DNA of 64,000 nt, from assembly GCA_021297985.1 (NCBI GenBank), contig JAJTGU010000015.1, forward strand, positions 1,083-65,082, given 5' to 3'. Every line of letters starts with the position of its first letter. Position 1 is the stretch's first letter. The stretch is from Rubrivivax sp. (GTDB lineage Bacteria; Pseudomonadota; Gammaproteobacteria; Burkholderiales; Burkholderiaceae_C). This document shows positions 1 to 9,929 of the stretch, in pieces. A program made the position numbers and the translations under genes. The notes beneath the pieces are model-generated. The model saw only the letters and a list, made by a program, of their open reading frames with translations. It had not been told where the DNA came from and made no database searches.

Positions 1-156
1 GAAGCTCCAGTCGGTGTTGGCGACAAAGACGCCCAGCGCCGCGCCGGCCAGGCCGGTGGCGCCTCCGGCCCAATGCGGCTCGACCCGCGCAAGCAGAAGG
101 ACGGGCTCGGCCTGGGCCTGGTGCAGCAGTTCGACGGCGGGGTTGGCAGCCAGCAT
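1..156 (-). CDS. hypothetical protein, N-terminal part only (runs off the window start)
   Basis: An ATG at 156, 13 nt past the trpD stop, opens a frame with G/C-rich third positions: MLAANPAVELLHQAQAEPVLLLARVEPHWAGGATGLAGAALGVFVANTDWSF. No stop occurs before position 1. It does not look like a TrpC N-terminus. It is under 60 aa in the window, so it is absent from the ORF track. Confidence 0.3.
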   Translation of the reverse strand, partial: MLAANPAVELLHQAQAEPVLLLARVEPHWAGGATGLAGAALGVFVANTDWSF

Positions 157-169
157 GACGAGCGCCGAA

Positions 170-1213
170 TCAGCCGGCCGGCTTCATTTGCTGCGTCAGC
201 GCCACGAACTGCGCCAGCTTGGCCGCCGCCGCGCCCGTCGCCACGGCTTCGCGGGCGCGCTTGACGCCTTCGCCGACGCTCGCCGCGACACCGGCGCAGT
301 ACAGCGCCGCTCCGGCGTTGAGCAGCACCACGTCCCGCACCGGGCCGTCGTCGTTGGCCAAGGCCTGGCGGATGCGCTCGACCGACTCTTCCTTGTTCGC
401 GACCTTCAGCGCGCGGCTGTCGTAGACCGGCAAACCGAAATCGCTGGGGTGCACGGTGTATTCGCGCACCTCGCCGTCCTTCAATTCGCCGACCAGGGTC
501 TCGCCGGACAGCGAGATCTCGTCCATGCCGTTCATGCCGTAGACGACCATCACGTGCTCGGAGCCCAGGCGTTGCAGCACGCGGACCTGGATGCCCACCA
601 GATCGGGATGGAAGACACCGAGCAGTTGGTTGGGGGCACCGGCTGGGTTGGTGAGCGGGCCCAGGATGTTGAAGATCGTGCGCACGCCGAGTTCCTTGCG
701 CACCGGGGCGGCGTGCTTCATCGCCGCATGGTGGTTGGGTGCGAACATGTAGCCGATGCCGGTGGCCGCCAGACATTCGGCGACCTGGGTCGGCGACAGG
801 CCGATGAAGGCGCCCAGCGCTTCCATGACGTCGGCACTGCCGCTGGTCGACGAGACGCTGCGCCCGGCATGCTTGGCCACCCGTGCACCGGCGGCAGCGG
901 CGACGAAGGTCGCCGCGGTCGAGATGTTGAAGGTGTGGCTGGCATCGCCCCCGGTGCCGACGATGTCGACCAGATGCGTCTTGTCGGCCACTTCCACCGG
1001 CGTCGCGAACTCGCGCATCACCTGGGCCGCGGCGGCGATCTCGCCGATCGTCTCCTTCTTGACGCGCAGGCCCATCGCGAAGGCCGCGATCATCACCGGC
1101 GACATCTCGCCGCTCATGATGCGCCGCATCAGCGCCAGCATCTCGTCGTGGAAGATCTCGCGGTGCTCGACGCAGCGCACCAGGGCTTCGGTGTTGGTGA
1201 TGGACATGGGCAT
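170..1213 (-). CDS. trpD: anthranilate phosphoribosyltransferase
   Basis: Family-typical sequence: [71 protein letters not shown]. The start is ATG 1213 (MPMSITN) or 1207; the ORF-track start at 1267 gives an implausible Arg/Pro-rich extension. Confidence 0.95.
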   Translation of the reverse strand: MPMSITNTEALVRCVEHREIFHDEMLALMRRIMSGEMSPVMIAAFAMGLRVKKETIGEIAAAAQVMREFATPVEVADKTHLVDIVGTGGDASHTFNISTAATFVAAAAGARVAKHAGRSVSSTSGSADVMEALGAFIGLSPTQVAECLAATGIGYMFAPNHHAAMKHAAPVRKELGVRTIFNILGPLTNPAGAPNQLLGVFHPDLVGIQVRVLQRLGSEHVMVVYGMNGMDEISLSGETLVGELKDGEVREYTVHPSDFGLPVYDSRALKVANKEESVERIRQALANDDGPVRDVVLLNAGAALYCAGVAASVGEGVKRAREAVATGAAAAKLAQFVALTQQMKPAG

Positions 1214-1232
1214 TCGGGGTCTCGGTCGGGGG

Positions 1233-2255
1233 TTACAGCACGCGCCGCAGGGCGGCGATCGCGGCATCGATCTGCGCCGCGGAGACGTCGAGATGGGTCA
1301 CGAGCCGAAGCTTGTACAGCCCGGTGACGAGCACGCCGGCCTCGCGCAGCCGCTGCACCGCACCCGTGGCCTTCTCGGGGGCCAGGTCGACGAACACGAT
1401 GTTGGTCTGCGGCGCCAGCACCGCGACGCCGGGCAGCCCGGCCAGGCCATCGGCCAGGCGGCGGGCATGGAGGTGGTCGTCGGTCAGGCGGTCGACGTGG
1501 TGCTCCAGCGCGTGAAGCGCCGCCGCGGCCAGCACGCCGGCCTGGCGCATCCCGCCGCCGAGCATCTTGCGGATCCGGTGGGCACGGGCGATGAGTTCGC
1601 GGCTGCCGACCAGGGCCGAGCCGGCCGGGGCGCCCAGGCCCTTGCTGAAGCAGACCGAGACCGAATTGAAGGGCGCGGCGAGACGGCGCGCCGCGGCAAG
1701 GGCGGATTCGCCGTCGGCGGCGCTGGCGACGGCGGCATTGAACAGCCGTGCGCCGTCCAGATGCGTCGCCAGCCCGCGGCGGTGGGCCAGTGCGCAGGCT
1801 TGATCGACATAGTCCTGCGGCAGGACCTGGCCGCCCCAGGTGTTCTCGAGCGCCAGCAGCCGGCTGCGCGCGAAGTGCGCGTCGTCGGGCTTGATCGCGG
1901 CCTCGATCTCGGCCAGCGCCATGCTGCCGTCGGCGGCCTGTGGCAGGGGCTGCGGCTGGATGCTGCCCAGGACCGCGGCGCCGCCCCCTTCCCAGCGGTA
2001 GGTGTGGGCCATCTGGCCGACCAGGTACTCGTCGCCGCGCTGGCAGTGCGCCATCAGCCCGCACAGGTTGCTCTGCGTTCCGGTGGGCACGAAGATCGCG
2101 GCTTCCTTGCCGAGCAACGCCGCGATGCGTTCCTGCAGCGCATTGACCGTCGGGTCGTCGCCGAAAACGTCATCGCCCAGCGGTGCCGCCAGCATCGCCG
2201 CGCGCATGGCCGGCGTCGGCTGGGTGACGGTGTCGCTGCGAAGGTCGATGATCAT
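1233..2255 (-). CDS. ltaE: low-specificity L-threonine aldolase (PLP-dependent)
   Basis: [36 protein letters not shown]..., LALENTWGG and [14 protein letters not shown] (PLP-Lys region) are typical of beta-eliminating lyase/threonine aldolase. ATG 2255 overlaps the trpG stop (ATGA, 2252-2255). Confidence 0.9.
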   Translation of the reverse strand: MIIDLRSDTVTQPTPAMRAAMLAAPLGDDVFGDDPTVNALQERIAALLGKEAAIFVPTGTQSNLCGLMAHCQRGDEYLVGQMAHTYRWEGGGAAVLGSIQPQPLPQAADGSMALAEIEAAIKPDDAHFARSRLLALENTWGGQVLPQDYVDQACALAHRRGLATHLDGARLFNAAVASAADGESALAAARRLAAPFNSVSVCFSKGLGAPAGSALVGSRELIARAHRIRKMLGGGMRQAGVLAAAALHALEHHVDRLTDDHLHARRLADGLAGLPGVAVLAPQTNIVFVDLAPEKATGAVQRLREAGVLVTGLYKLRLVTHLDVSAAQIDAAIAALRRVL

Positions 2256-2851
2256 GGCCGGACCGCCGGGCGGGTGAGGTCGAGGAAGTTCCGCAGCATC
2301 GCGTGGCCGTGTTCGCTGTGGATCGATTCGGGGTGGAACTGCACGCCTTCCATGGGCGCCGCGCTGCCCGCCAGACCGCGGTGGCGCACGCCCATGATCT
2401 CGCCGTCTTCGCTGCGGGCGCTGACCTCGAGCTCGGCCGGCCTGCTCGCCTCTTCGATGACCAGCGAGTGGTAGCGCACGACCGTGAACTTCTGCGGCAG
2501 CCCGGCAAACACACCCGCGCCGTCGTGCTCCAGCGTCGAGGTCTTGCCGTGCATTTGCGTCTTCGCGCGCACGATGCGCCCGCCGAGCGCGGCACCAATG
2601 GCCTGGTGGCCCAGGCACACACCGAGGATCGGCAGCCTGCCGGCAAAGTGCCGGATGGCCGACACGCAGACCCCCGCCTCCGCCGGTGAACACGGCCCGG
2701 GCGACAGCACCAGGCGCTCCGGCGCCAGCGCGGCGATGCCGGGCACGTCGATCTCGTCGTTGCGCAGCACCTTGACCTGCTCGCCGAGCTCGCCGAAGTA
2801 CTGCACGAGGTTGAAGGTGAAGCTGTCGTAGTTGTCGATCATCAGCAGCAT
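2252..2851 (-). CDS. trpG: anthranilate synthase component II (glutamine amidotransferase)
   Basis: [19 protein letters not shown]..., active-site [10 protein letters not shown], and FHPESI. ATG at 2851 lies one nt after the trpE stop. Confidence 0.95.
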   Translation of the reverse strand: MLLMIDNYDSFTFNLVQYFGELGEQVKVLRNDEIDVPGIAALAPERLVLSPGPCSPAEAGVCVSAIRHFAGRLPILGVCLGHQAIGAALGGRIVRAKTQMHGKTSTLEHDGAGVFAGLPQKFTVVRYHSLVIEEASRPAELEVSARSEDGEIMGVRHRGLAGSAAPMEGVQFHPESIHSEHGHAMLRNFLDLTRPAVRP

Positions 2852-2852
2852 C

Positions 2853-4349
2853 TCAGAACCCCTCCTCGACCAGTTCGGCAGCGCGGATGAGTGCGCGCGC
2901 CTTGGCTTCGGTTTCCTGCCATTCGAGCTCGGGGACGCTGTCGGCGACGATGCCTGCCGCAGCCTGCACGTACAAGGTGTTGTCCTTGACGATGCCGGTG
3001 CGGATGGCAATGGCGAGATCCATGTCACCGGCGAAGCTGACGTAGCCACAGGCGCCCCCGTAGATGCCGCGCTGCACCGGCTCGAGCTCGTCGATGATCT
3101 CCATCGCCCGCACCTTGGGCGCGCCGCTCAGCGTGCCGGCCGGGAAGGTGGCCCGCAACACGTCGAGCTGCCCCACGCCGGGCTTGAGGATGCCCTCGAC
3201 GTTGCTGACGATGTGCATGACGTGCGAGTAGCGCTCGATCTGGAAAGCCTCCGTCACCCTGACGCTGCCGGTGACGGCGATGCGCCCGATGTCGTTGCGG
3301 GCCAGGTCGATCAGCATCAGGTGCTCGGCGCGCTCCTTCTGATCGGCACGCAGATCGGCTTCGAGCCGCGCGTCGGCTTCGGGCGTGGCGCCGCGCGGGC
3401 GCGTGCCGGCCAGCGGGCGGATGGTCACCTTGCGGCCGCCGCCGGCCAGGTCATCCGAGGGCGGCACACGTTCCTCGCGCACCAGGATCTCGGGGCTGGC
3501 GCCAACGATGTGGAAGTCGCCCATGTCGTAGTAGTACATGTAGGGCGACGGATTCAGCGAACGCAGCGCGCGGTACAGCGACAGCGGGCTTTCGGTGAAG
3601 CGCTTCTTCAGCCGCTGGCCGATGACGACCTGCATGCAGTCGCCGGCGGCGATGTAGTCCTTGGCGCGCTCCACCGCCTGCATCAGCTGGGCCTGCGAGG
3701 TCTCGCGCTCCACGGCGTACGAGACGCCGCGCTTCACGCTGGGCGCGGTGACGCTGTAGCGCAGCCGGTCGGCCAGCTCGCCCAGGCGGCGGCGTGCGCG
3801 GTGGTAGGCCTCGGCCGTGGCCGGGTCGGCCCAGACGATCAGGTACAGCCGGCCCGACAGGTTGTCGATGACGGCGACTTCCTCCGTCAGCAGAAGCTGC
3901 AGGTCGGGCGTGCCGATGCCGCCGGGCTTGCCCACGCGCGCCAGTTTGGGCTCGATGTGACGCACGGTCTCGTAGCCGAAGTACCCGGCCAGCCCGCCGC
4001 AGAAGCGCGGAAGACCGGCGGCGACGGCTGGTTTCAGCCGATCCTGCCAGCGCGCGAGGAAGTCCAGCGGGTTGCCTTCGTCCCGTTCCACCACGACGCC
4101 GTCGGTGACGACCTCGCTGACACGGCCGGTGGCGCGCAGCAGCGTGCGCGCGGGCAGGCCGATGAAGCTGTAGCGGCCGAATCGCTCGCCGCCGACCACG
4201 CTTTCGAGCAGGAAGCTGTGTGCGGCGCCGCCGGCCAGCTTGAGGTACAGCGACAGTGGCGTTTCGAGGTCGGCAAAGGCCTCGGCGATGAGTGGGATTC
4301 GGTTGAAGCCCTCGGCGGCGAGGCTCTTGAACTCAAGTTCCGTGATCAC
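2853..4349 (-). CDS. trpE: anthranilate synthase component I
   Basis: 498 aa from a GTG start. [51 protein letters not shown] and [15 protein letters not shown] are chorismate-binding signatures. Confidence 0.95.
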   Translation of the reverse strand: MITELEFKSLAAEGFNRIPLIAEAFADLETPLSLYLKLAGGAAHSFLLESVVGGERFGRYSFIGLPARTLLRATGRVSEVVTDGVVVERDEGNPLDFLARWQDRLKPAVAAGLPRFCGGLAGYFGYETVRHIEPKLARVGKPGGIGTPDLQLLLTEEVAVIDNLSGRLYLIVWADPATAEAYHRARRRLGELADRLRYSVTAPSVKRGVSYAVERETSQAQLMQAVERAKDYIAAGDCMQVVIGQRLKKRFTESPLSLYRALRSLNPSPYMYYYDMGDFHIVGASPEILVREERVPPSDDLAGGGRKVTIRPLAGTRPRGATPEADARLEADLRADQKERAEHLMLIDLARNDIGRIAVTGSVRVTEAFQIERYSHVMHIVSNVEGILKPGVGQLDVLRATFPAGTLSGAPKVRAMEIIDELEPVQRGIYGGACGYVSFAGDMDLAIAIRTGIVKDNTLYVQAAAGIVADSVPELEWQETEAKARALIRAAELVEEGF

Positions 4350-4503
4350 GTGGCGGTCCCGTTCAGGGGGCCGGCGGCGCTGGATCTGGGGTCTGTGCGC
4401 GGCGGGCCGGGTTCAGTCGGCGGGCCTGGGGCGAGCATCGGAGGATCGATGCCGATGCCGTTTGAGGCCAGTGGTAGCGCAAGGACGCGAAGGTGCGTTG
4501 CGC

Positions 4504-4632
4504 TCAGCGTTCGACAGGCCAGCGACGCCAGGGCCAGGCTCCCCGCGCCGACACCGGGGACGGCGCGGCCTTGCACGTCGAAGACGGCGTCTTCACGTTG
4601 CGGGCCACAGGTTGGATGCTTGGGTGCGACAT
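4504..4632 (-). promoter_or_regulatory. candidate trp operon leader peptide ORF (42 aa) with clustered Trp codons
   Basis: Read from the sequence: MSHPSIQPVARNVKTPSSTCKAAPSPVSARGAWPWRRWPVER*. Three TGG codons fall within seven codons near the stop, 154 nt upstream of the trpE start. Hairpins follow at about 4477-4503 and 4435-4458. There is no clear SD and no U-tract. Confidence 0.35.
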
Positions 4633-4793
4633 TTCGGAGCCGAGTTTAGCGTCAGGCCCCATGAACCCGGGCAGGGTTGACGCTGTGGGCAGCGCGCACG
4701 CGTGGCGCGAGACTCGCGCGCCGAAGTTCCCCGTGCCCCGATGTCGCCGTGCCCGCCAGGCCATGCCGCTGGCGACGGCTGAGGAATCCCATC

Positions 4794-5450
4794 ATGTTGC
4801 GCCGAAGTCAAGTCGCTTGCGTCTGCCTCCTGGGCCTCCTGGGCCTCCTGGGCCTCCAGGCCGGTTTCCTGGTCTCTGCGCGTGCCCAGCCGGCGGCCGC
4901 CGGGGTGGAGCTGGCGGGCATCAAATACCCGCCCAGCGTGCGGGTCGGAAACCAGGCCTTGCGCCTGAATGGCGCTGGCATCCGGTACCGCTTCGTCGTC
5001 AAGGTCTACACCGCCGGGCTGTACCTGGCGGCACCGGCCACCACGCCCGAGGCGGTGCTTGCCGCACCCGGGCCGAAGCGCTTGCACGTGGTGATGCTGC
5101 GCGACATCGACGCTTCTGAACTGGGCCGGCTGTTCACCCGCGGCATGCAGGACAACTCGCCGCGCGAGGAGTTCGCCAAGTCGATCCCCGGCACGCTGCG
5201 CATGGCCGACATCTTTTCGGCCAAGAAACGCCTGAAGGAAGGGGAGAACTTTTCAGTCGACTGGGTGCCGGGCGAGGGGACGCAAGTGCTCGTCAACGGC
5301 CGGCCGCAAGGCGAGCCGATCAAGGAGCCTGAGTTCTTCCAGGCCCTGATGCGCATCTGGCTGGGGGCGAACCCGGCGGACAGCGCACTGAAGGAATCGC
5401 TGCTGGGCGCCCCGCCCGCCCGGCCGGTGACCAATCCCGGCCAGCAGTGA
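4794..5450 (+). CDS. chalcone isomerase-like family protein (secreted)
   Basis: ATG 4794 follows GAGGAA at an 8-nt spacing. Signal peptide MLRRSQVACVCLLGLLGLLGLQAGFLVSARA. LRLNGAGIRYRFVVKVYTAGLYL matches the bacterial chalcone-isomerase-like fold family. Confidence 0.8.
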   Translation: MLRRSQVACVCLLGLLGLLGLQAGFLVSARAQPAAAGVELAGIKYPPSVRVGNQALRLNGAGIRYRFVVKVYTAGLYLAAPATTPEAVLAAPGPKRLHVVMLRDIDASELGRLFTRGMQDNSPREEFAKSIPGTLRMADIFSAKKRLKEGENFSVDWVPGEGTQVLVNGRPQGEPIKEPEFFQALMRIWLGANPADSALKESLLGAPPARPVTNPGQQ

Positions 5451-5463
5451 CCGGCTGCCGATT

Positions 5464-6162
5464 TCAGCCGCCCGGGCCGACGCGATCAAGCACGGCGCCG
5501 ATCTCATCAAGCCGGTCCAGGATCGCCAGTGCCCCCAGGCCGGTGAGCGGCGCGCCATGGTTGTAGCCATGGCTGAGCAACACGCAAGCGCAGCCGGCGG
5601 CACCTGAGGCCTCGGCGTCGTTGGCCGAGTCGCCGATGGCCAGCGCTTCGTGCGGCGTGACGCCCAGTGCGGCGCAGGTTTCGAGCATCGGCAGCGGGTC
5701 GGGCTTGCTGCGCGCGAAGCTGTCACCGCCGAACACGGGGCCAAAGCAGTCGCGCAGGCCCTTGGCTTCCAGCAACGGGAGCGCGAAGGCCAGCGGCTTG
5801 TTGGTCAGGCACGCCAGGCGCAGCCCGCGATCGCGCAGTTGTGCCAGCCCTTCGACCACGCCCGGGTAGACGCTGGAGTACCGGCCGTTGATGCGCAGGT
5901 ATTCGCGCTGGTACGCCTGCCACAACGGTTCGAACAACGGCTCGATGCGATCCGCTGCGCCGACTTCGCGCAGGGTCTGGGTCAGCAGGTGGCGCGAACC
6001 CTTGCCCACGGTGCGGGCAATGAAGGCGCGGTCGACCGGCGGCAGGCCGATCTCGCCCAGGGCCGCACCGATCGCGGCCTCGAAGTCGCCGAGCGTTTCG
6101 ACCATCGTGCCGTCGAGGTCGACGATGGCGGCGCGCCAGCGCGTGGAGTGCGTACAGGACAT
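5464..6162 (-). CDS. gph: phosphoglycolate phosphatase (HAD superfamily)
   Basis: HAD motif I IVDLDGTMVET, LTNKP, and GDSANDAEA (motif IV). It sits next to trpE, as in many proteobacteria. ATG at 6162. Confidence 0.85.
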   Translation of the reverse strand: MSCTHSTRWRAAIVDLDGTMVETLGDFEAAIGAALGEIGLPPVDRAFIARTVGKGSRHLLTQTLREVGAADRIEPLFEPLWQAYQREYLRINGRYSSVYPGVVEGLAQLRDRGLRLACLTNKPLAFALPLLEAKGLRDCFGPVFGGDSFARSKPDPLPMLETCAALGVTPHEALAIGDSANDAEASGAAGCACVLLSHGYNHGAPLTGLGALAILDRLDEIGAVLDRVGPGG

Positions 6163-6216
6163 GGCCCACGACTCTATGCGCTGGTGCAGGAGCGTCGCCG
6201 AAGGCACAATAACTGT

Positions 6217-6230
6217 ACAGAACGTTCTGT
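6217..6230. promoter_or_regulatory. perfect 14-bp palindrome ACAGAACGTTCTGT, candidate TetR operator
   Basis: Seen in the 86-nt divergent gph/tetR intergenic region, 19 nt upstream of the tetR ATG. Confidence 0.4.
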
Positions 6231-6248
6231 CAAGTCACTCGCGCCGCC

Positions 6249-6878
6249 ATGCCCCGCCCACCCCACGCCCGCCAGGCCGTGCTCGAAGCCGCCGAAGCCA
6301 TCGTCAAGGAGCTCGGCGCGGCCCACCTGACCTTCGATGCCATCGTGAAGCGCAGCGGCATCACGCGCGGCGGCGTGACCTACCACTTCCCGACCAAGGA
6401 CGCGCTGCTGGCCGCCCTGGTCGAGCACGACATCGGCCGCTGGCAGGAGTGCATCGCCAGGCAGCGCGCACGACGCGCCGCCACGTCGCCGGCCAATGCC
6501 GAGCTTGTGGCCTATCTGGAGTCCGGCTGCGAGCCCGACGAGGAGGTCTCGCGCCTGTGCGCCGGACTGCTTTCGGCGACGAGCACACAAAAGGAGCTGA
6601 CGCAGCGCTGGCGCGCGTTCTTCTCCGAACACCTGGCGCACGCGCGGGCGAGTGGCGATCCGGCACTGGCGATGCTGTTGATGCTGGCGGTGGACGGGCT
6701 GTTCTGGCTCGAGACGCTGGGGCTGTCGACACTCGACACGGGCGAGCGGCAGGCACTGGTCGGGCGCATCGTCGCGTTGGGCGAGGACTTGCCGGTGGCC
6801 ACGACGCCCCGTGTGTCCGACCGTGTGCCAGACCGTGGGCCAGCGCCGCGCCGCAGAGCCCGGGGGACGCGGCCATGA
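6249..6878 (+). CDS. TetR/AcrR family transcriptional regulator
   Basis: N-terminal HTH LTFDAIVKRSGITRGGVTYHFPTKDALLAAL. The stop overlaps the MFS start (ATGA). Confidence 0.9.
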   Translation: MPRPPHARQAVLEAAEAIVKELGAAHLTFDAIVKRSGITRGGVTYHFPTKDALLAALVEHDIGRWQECIARQRARRAATSPANAELVAYLESGCEPDEEVSRLCAGLLSATSTQKELTQRWRAFFSEHLAHARASGDPALAMLLMLAVDGLFWLETLGLSTLDTGERQALVGRIVALGEDLPVATTPRVSDRVPDRGPAPRRRARGTRP

Positions 6879-8116
6879 ACCCCGCCGCCCGCGGTCTCGC
6901 GCCCCCGGCCTCGCGCGTGCTGTGGCTGATCCCGGCGGTCTACTTCCTGTTTGTGACCGGCGAGTTCCTGGCGCTCACGACGCTGGTGCTGACGATCACC
7001 GATCAGGGCGCCAGTGGGCTGCGTGTGGGCGTGCTTGCCTCAGCGCTGTGGCTGGGCATCCTGGGCACCAGCATGGTGGCGCACCGGGTCGTCGCGCGTT
7101 TCGGCCATGCGAGGGTCTTTGTCGCCGGCTCCGTGGTGGCGACGCTGGCCCTGTCCTGCCTGCCTTGGACCGCGGCTTACGCCGTCTGGCTCGCGGCCGC
7201 GGCCGTGCTGGGCATGGCCGGTGGGCTGGTCTGGGTGGCGGGCGAGAGCTGGCTGGCCGAAGCCGCGCCGGCGGCTCGGCGCGGCTTTTATGTCGGCCTC
7301 TTCGAGACCTCGGTCGGCCTGGCGCTGATGACCGGCCCGGCGCTGCTGCCGTTGGCGCTGGCCCTGGGCCTGCCACCCTTGTGGCTGGCGGTGTTGCTGC
7401 TCGCCGCCGGCACCGCCTGCAGCGCACTCCTGCTGGCCGAAGTCCCCCTGGGCGCGGCGGACACGGTGCCGCCTGCTTCCGACCCGCCACCTTTACCGCC
7501 GGCGGCGACTTCGCCGGCAGGCGTCGCGGCCCGCAGCACCGCCGATGCGACCCCGATATGGCGCGTCGTCTGGCCGCTGGTGGCCGTCGCAGCGGCCAGC
7601 GGGGTGCTGGAATCGGGCATCTCGTCGATGCTGCCGTCGATCTCGATGCGGCTGGGCTTCGAGATGCAGCTCGCGGCCTGGCTGGGGGTCGTGATCGGTG
7701 CTGGCAGCGCGCTTCTGCAGCCGCCCTTCGGCGCACTGGCGGACCGCATCGGCATGCCGCGCACGATGGCGCTGGCCTGGGCGCTGGTGCTGGCGACGCT
7801 GGGCTGGCTGTGGCTCGTCGCCGCAGCGCCGCAGGGCAGCCTTTGGGCGGTCGGCTTTGTGCTGGGCGGCGTCGGTGGCGCGGTCTACACCCTGGTCGTG
7901 ATCGAACTCGGCCACCGCTTCACCGGGTCCCGCCTGGTGCAGGCCATGGGAGCGCTCGTCACCGGCTACACCCTCGGGACCGCCGGCGCGCCGATGGCCG
8001 GCGGCTGGCTGTTCGACCATTTCGGCCTCGCCGGCCTCAGCGCTGCGCTGTGGTGCGTGGCTGCCGCCGGCGCGTTTGTTGCCTGGCGGGCGCTGCGCCC
8101 GGCCGGCAGGAACTAG
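6875..8116 (+). CDS. MFS transporter
   Basis: About 12 hydrophobic segments in 413 aa from ATG 6875. The upstream part of ORF 5888..8116 is out-of-context read-through. Confidence 0.9.
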   Translation: MNPAARGLAPPASRVLWLIPAVYFLFVTGEFLALTTLVLTITDQGASGLRVGVLASALWLGILGTSMVAHRVVARFGHARVFVAGSVVATLALSCLPWTAAYAVWLAAAAVLGMAGGLVWVAGESWLAEAAPAARRGFYVGLFETSVGLALMTGPALLPLALALGLPPLWLAVLLLAAGTACSALLLAEVPLGAADTVPPASDPPPLPPAATSPAGVAARSTADATPIWRVVWPLVAVAAASGVLESGISSMLPSISMRLGFEMQLAAWLGVVIGAGSALLQPPFGALADRIGMPRTMALAWALVLATLGWLWLVAAAPQGSLWAVGFVLGGVGGAVYTLVVIELGHRFTGSRLVQAMGALVTGYTLGTAGAPMAGGWLFDHFGLAGLSAALWCVAAAGAFVAWRALRPAGRN

Positions 8117-9207
8117 GAAATGCTCTCCACCTGCCGGCTCTGCTGGTAGGCGCGTCCGAAGCGGTTGGCCAGGAACTCGGGCAGTGCCACCTGCTCCTGT
8201 CGCACGAAGCCGCGCTGCGGCAGCCGGCCCTCGCGGAACAGATCGACCGCGGCGCAGATGCCGGCGGCGGTGGTGATCTGGATCGCCGAGAGCGGCCGCG
8301 GCGCATCACGGTCGGCAAAGATCTTCCGGGCGAAGACCTCCTGCACCAGGCTGCCCTTCTTCATGCCCGAGACGGTCACGAAGACCAGCACCACGTCCTG
8401 CATCGTGCTGGGGATGCTCTTGCGCATGATGTCCTTGAGCGTCTCCTGGTCGTGCTTGAGCTGCAGCTCCTCGAGCAGCAGCTTCATCAGGTTGCGGTGG
8501 CCGGGATAGCGCACGCTCTTGTAGTCCAGGCTTTGCACCCGACCGGCCAGGGTCTCGCACAGGGTGCCCAGGCCGCCGCTGGTGTTGAAGGCCTCGTACT
8601 CGGTGCCGTCCAGGCTGAAGTGCTCCAGGCCCTCGAGCGGCAGGGCCTCGATGGCGTGGCCGTCGCGGATCGCCTCGCAAGGGTGGCAGTACTCGTTGAT
8701 CAGGCCGTCGACGCTCCAGGTCAGGTTGTATTTCAGCGCGTTGGTCGGGAAGGCCGGCAGCGCGCCGACGCGCATCTTCACTTCCTGCAGCGACTCGAAG
8801 CCTTGGGCCAGATGGTGGGCGACGATGCCGATGAAGCCTGGCGCCAGGCCGCACTGCGGCATGAAGGCCGTCGACGCGCCTTCGGCCAGCTGCTTGATGG
8901 CGCGTGTCGCGGCAACGTCCTCGGTCAGGTCGAAGTAATGCACGCCCGCCTCGCGGGCCTGGGTCGCGGCCAGCGTGGCCAGGTGGTAGGGCAGGGCGTT
9001 GACGACGATGTCCTGGCCGCGGAGCACAGCCAGCAGCGAGGCCGCCTCGCCCGTGTCGGCCTGGCGGATGGCGATGCCCGGGCCTGCGGCGTGTTCGAGT
9101 GCCGTGGCGCTCTTGTCGACGACGGTGACTTCGTAGTCGCCGGTGTCGGCGAGCAGCCGGGCGATGGTTTGGCCGATGTGGCCGGCTCCCAGGAGGGCGA
9201 TGCGCAT
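8113..9207 (-). CDS. saccharopine dehydrogenase family protein
   Basis: Rossmann N-terminus MRIALLGAGHIGQTIARLL, plus FMPQCGLAPGF and YNLTWSVDGLINEY, typical of the saccharopine dehydrogenase NADP-binding and C-terminal domains. Confidence 0.85.
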   Translation of the reverse strand: MRIALLGAGHIGQTIARLLADTGDYEVTVVDKSATALEHAAGPGIAIRQADTGEAASLLAVLRGQDIVVNALPYHLATLAATQAREAGVHYFDLTEDVAATRAIKQLAEGASTAFMPQCGLAPGFIGIVAHHLAQGFESLQEVKMRVGALPAFPTNALKYNLTWSVDGLINEYCHPCEAIRDGHAIEALPLEGLEHFSLDGTEYEAFNTSGGLGTLCETLAGRVQSLDYKSVRYPGHRNLMKLLLEELQLKHDQETLKDIMRKSIPSTMQDVVLVFVTVSGMKKGSLVQEVFARKIFADRDAPRPLSAIQITTAAGICAAVDLFREGRLPQRGFVRQEQVALPEFLANRFGRAYQQSRQVESIS

Positions 9208-9329
9208 GAAGAGGACCCCGGTGTGAAAACGATGCTGCGATTGTTCGAGCCGCGACTGTCAGATTCAACGCAAGGTTTGACGAAACAGATGCCTGGATCG
9301 CCGATATGACGCCCCGATCCTGCGAACCG

Positions 9330-9929
9330 TCATCCGCCAGGCTTGGAAACGTCTTCCGGCCCGGCGATCAGCAGCTGGTTCCGAACCGCCCGCAGCTCGC
9401 GACCGGCACGGCGCTTGGCTGCGGTCGCCGCCTTCTCGTACGCCAGCACCGCGGCGTCGCGCAGCGCCACGGCGCGGGCCAGCGCCTGGGCATACCTTTC
9501 CGGCGTGTAGGTGTTTTCAGTGCCGATGTAGACCGTGCGCCGCTGCGGCTTGTCGCCAAACCGCGGCACCAGCACGGTGAAGCTGCAGTCGCGCACCACG
9601 CCGCTGGCGCGCTGGCGCACCACGGGCCCGCTGATCCCGGCCGGAAGCGCGTTCTTCTTGTGTCGGCTCGGGGCCTTTTGCAGCAGCGACGGCGCCGGCT
9701 CGGTGGCAATGCGATGAAGCAGCTCCCGGGTCGCGAGGGTCAACGCGGCGTGCGCCCCGCTGCCGTCCACGCTGTGGTCCGAGAACAGCCGGGTGCCGCG
9801 CCCGTAGCGCAGCTGCCAGCCGTGGGTGCCTCGGTGGTCGATGCGCTGGATGCCTTGCGGCACTCGGAAGCGGTAACCGCAGGGGAGTTCGACCTCGCGG
9901 AACTTCATCGTCGTGGATGAGGATGCCAT
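9330..9929 (-). CDS. hypothetical protein with two AP2/integrase-type-like DNA-binding repeats
   Basis: ATG 9929 has GGAG 9 nt upstream and good GC3 bias. The two repeats are GIQRIDHRGTHGWQLRYGRGTRLFSD... and ...FTVLVPRFGDKPQRRTVYIGTENTYTPERYAQALARAVALRDAAVLAYEKA. The domain call is by eye only. Confidence 0.55.
   Translation of the reverse strand: MASSSTTMKFREVELPCGYRFRVPQGIQRIDHRGTHGWQLRYGRGTRLFSDHSVDGSGAHAALTLATRELLHRIATEPAPSLLQKAPSRHKKNALPAGISGPVVRQRASGVVRDCSFTVLVPRFGDKPQRRTVYIGTENTYTPERYAQALARAVALRDAAVLAYEKAATAAKRRAGRELRAVRNQLLIAGPEDVSKPGG

Noticed and set aside
1-169. Expected trpC downstream of trpD
   Set aside because: The only coding-looking frame begins MLAANPAVELLHQAQ..., unlike TrpC N-termini. 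It is called hypothetical instead.
14-4649. Long plus-strand ORFs (14..1327, 756..2474, 2832..4649) overlapping the trp genes
   Set aside because: Their translations are Arg/Ala/Gly/Pro-rich low-complexity sequence typical of antisense shadow frames in GC-rich DNA. The minus-strand products match well-known enzyme families.
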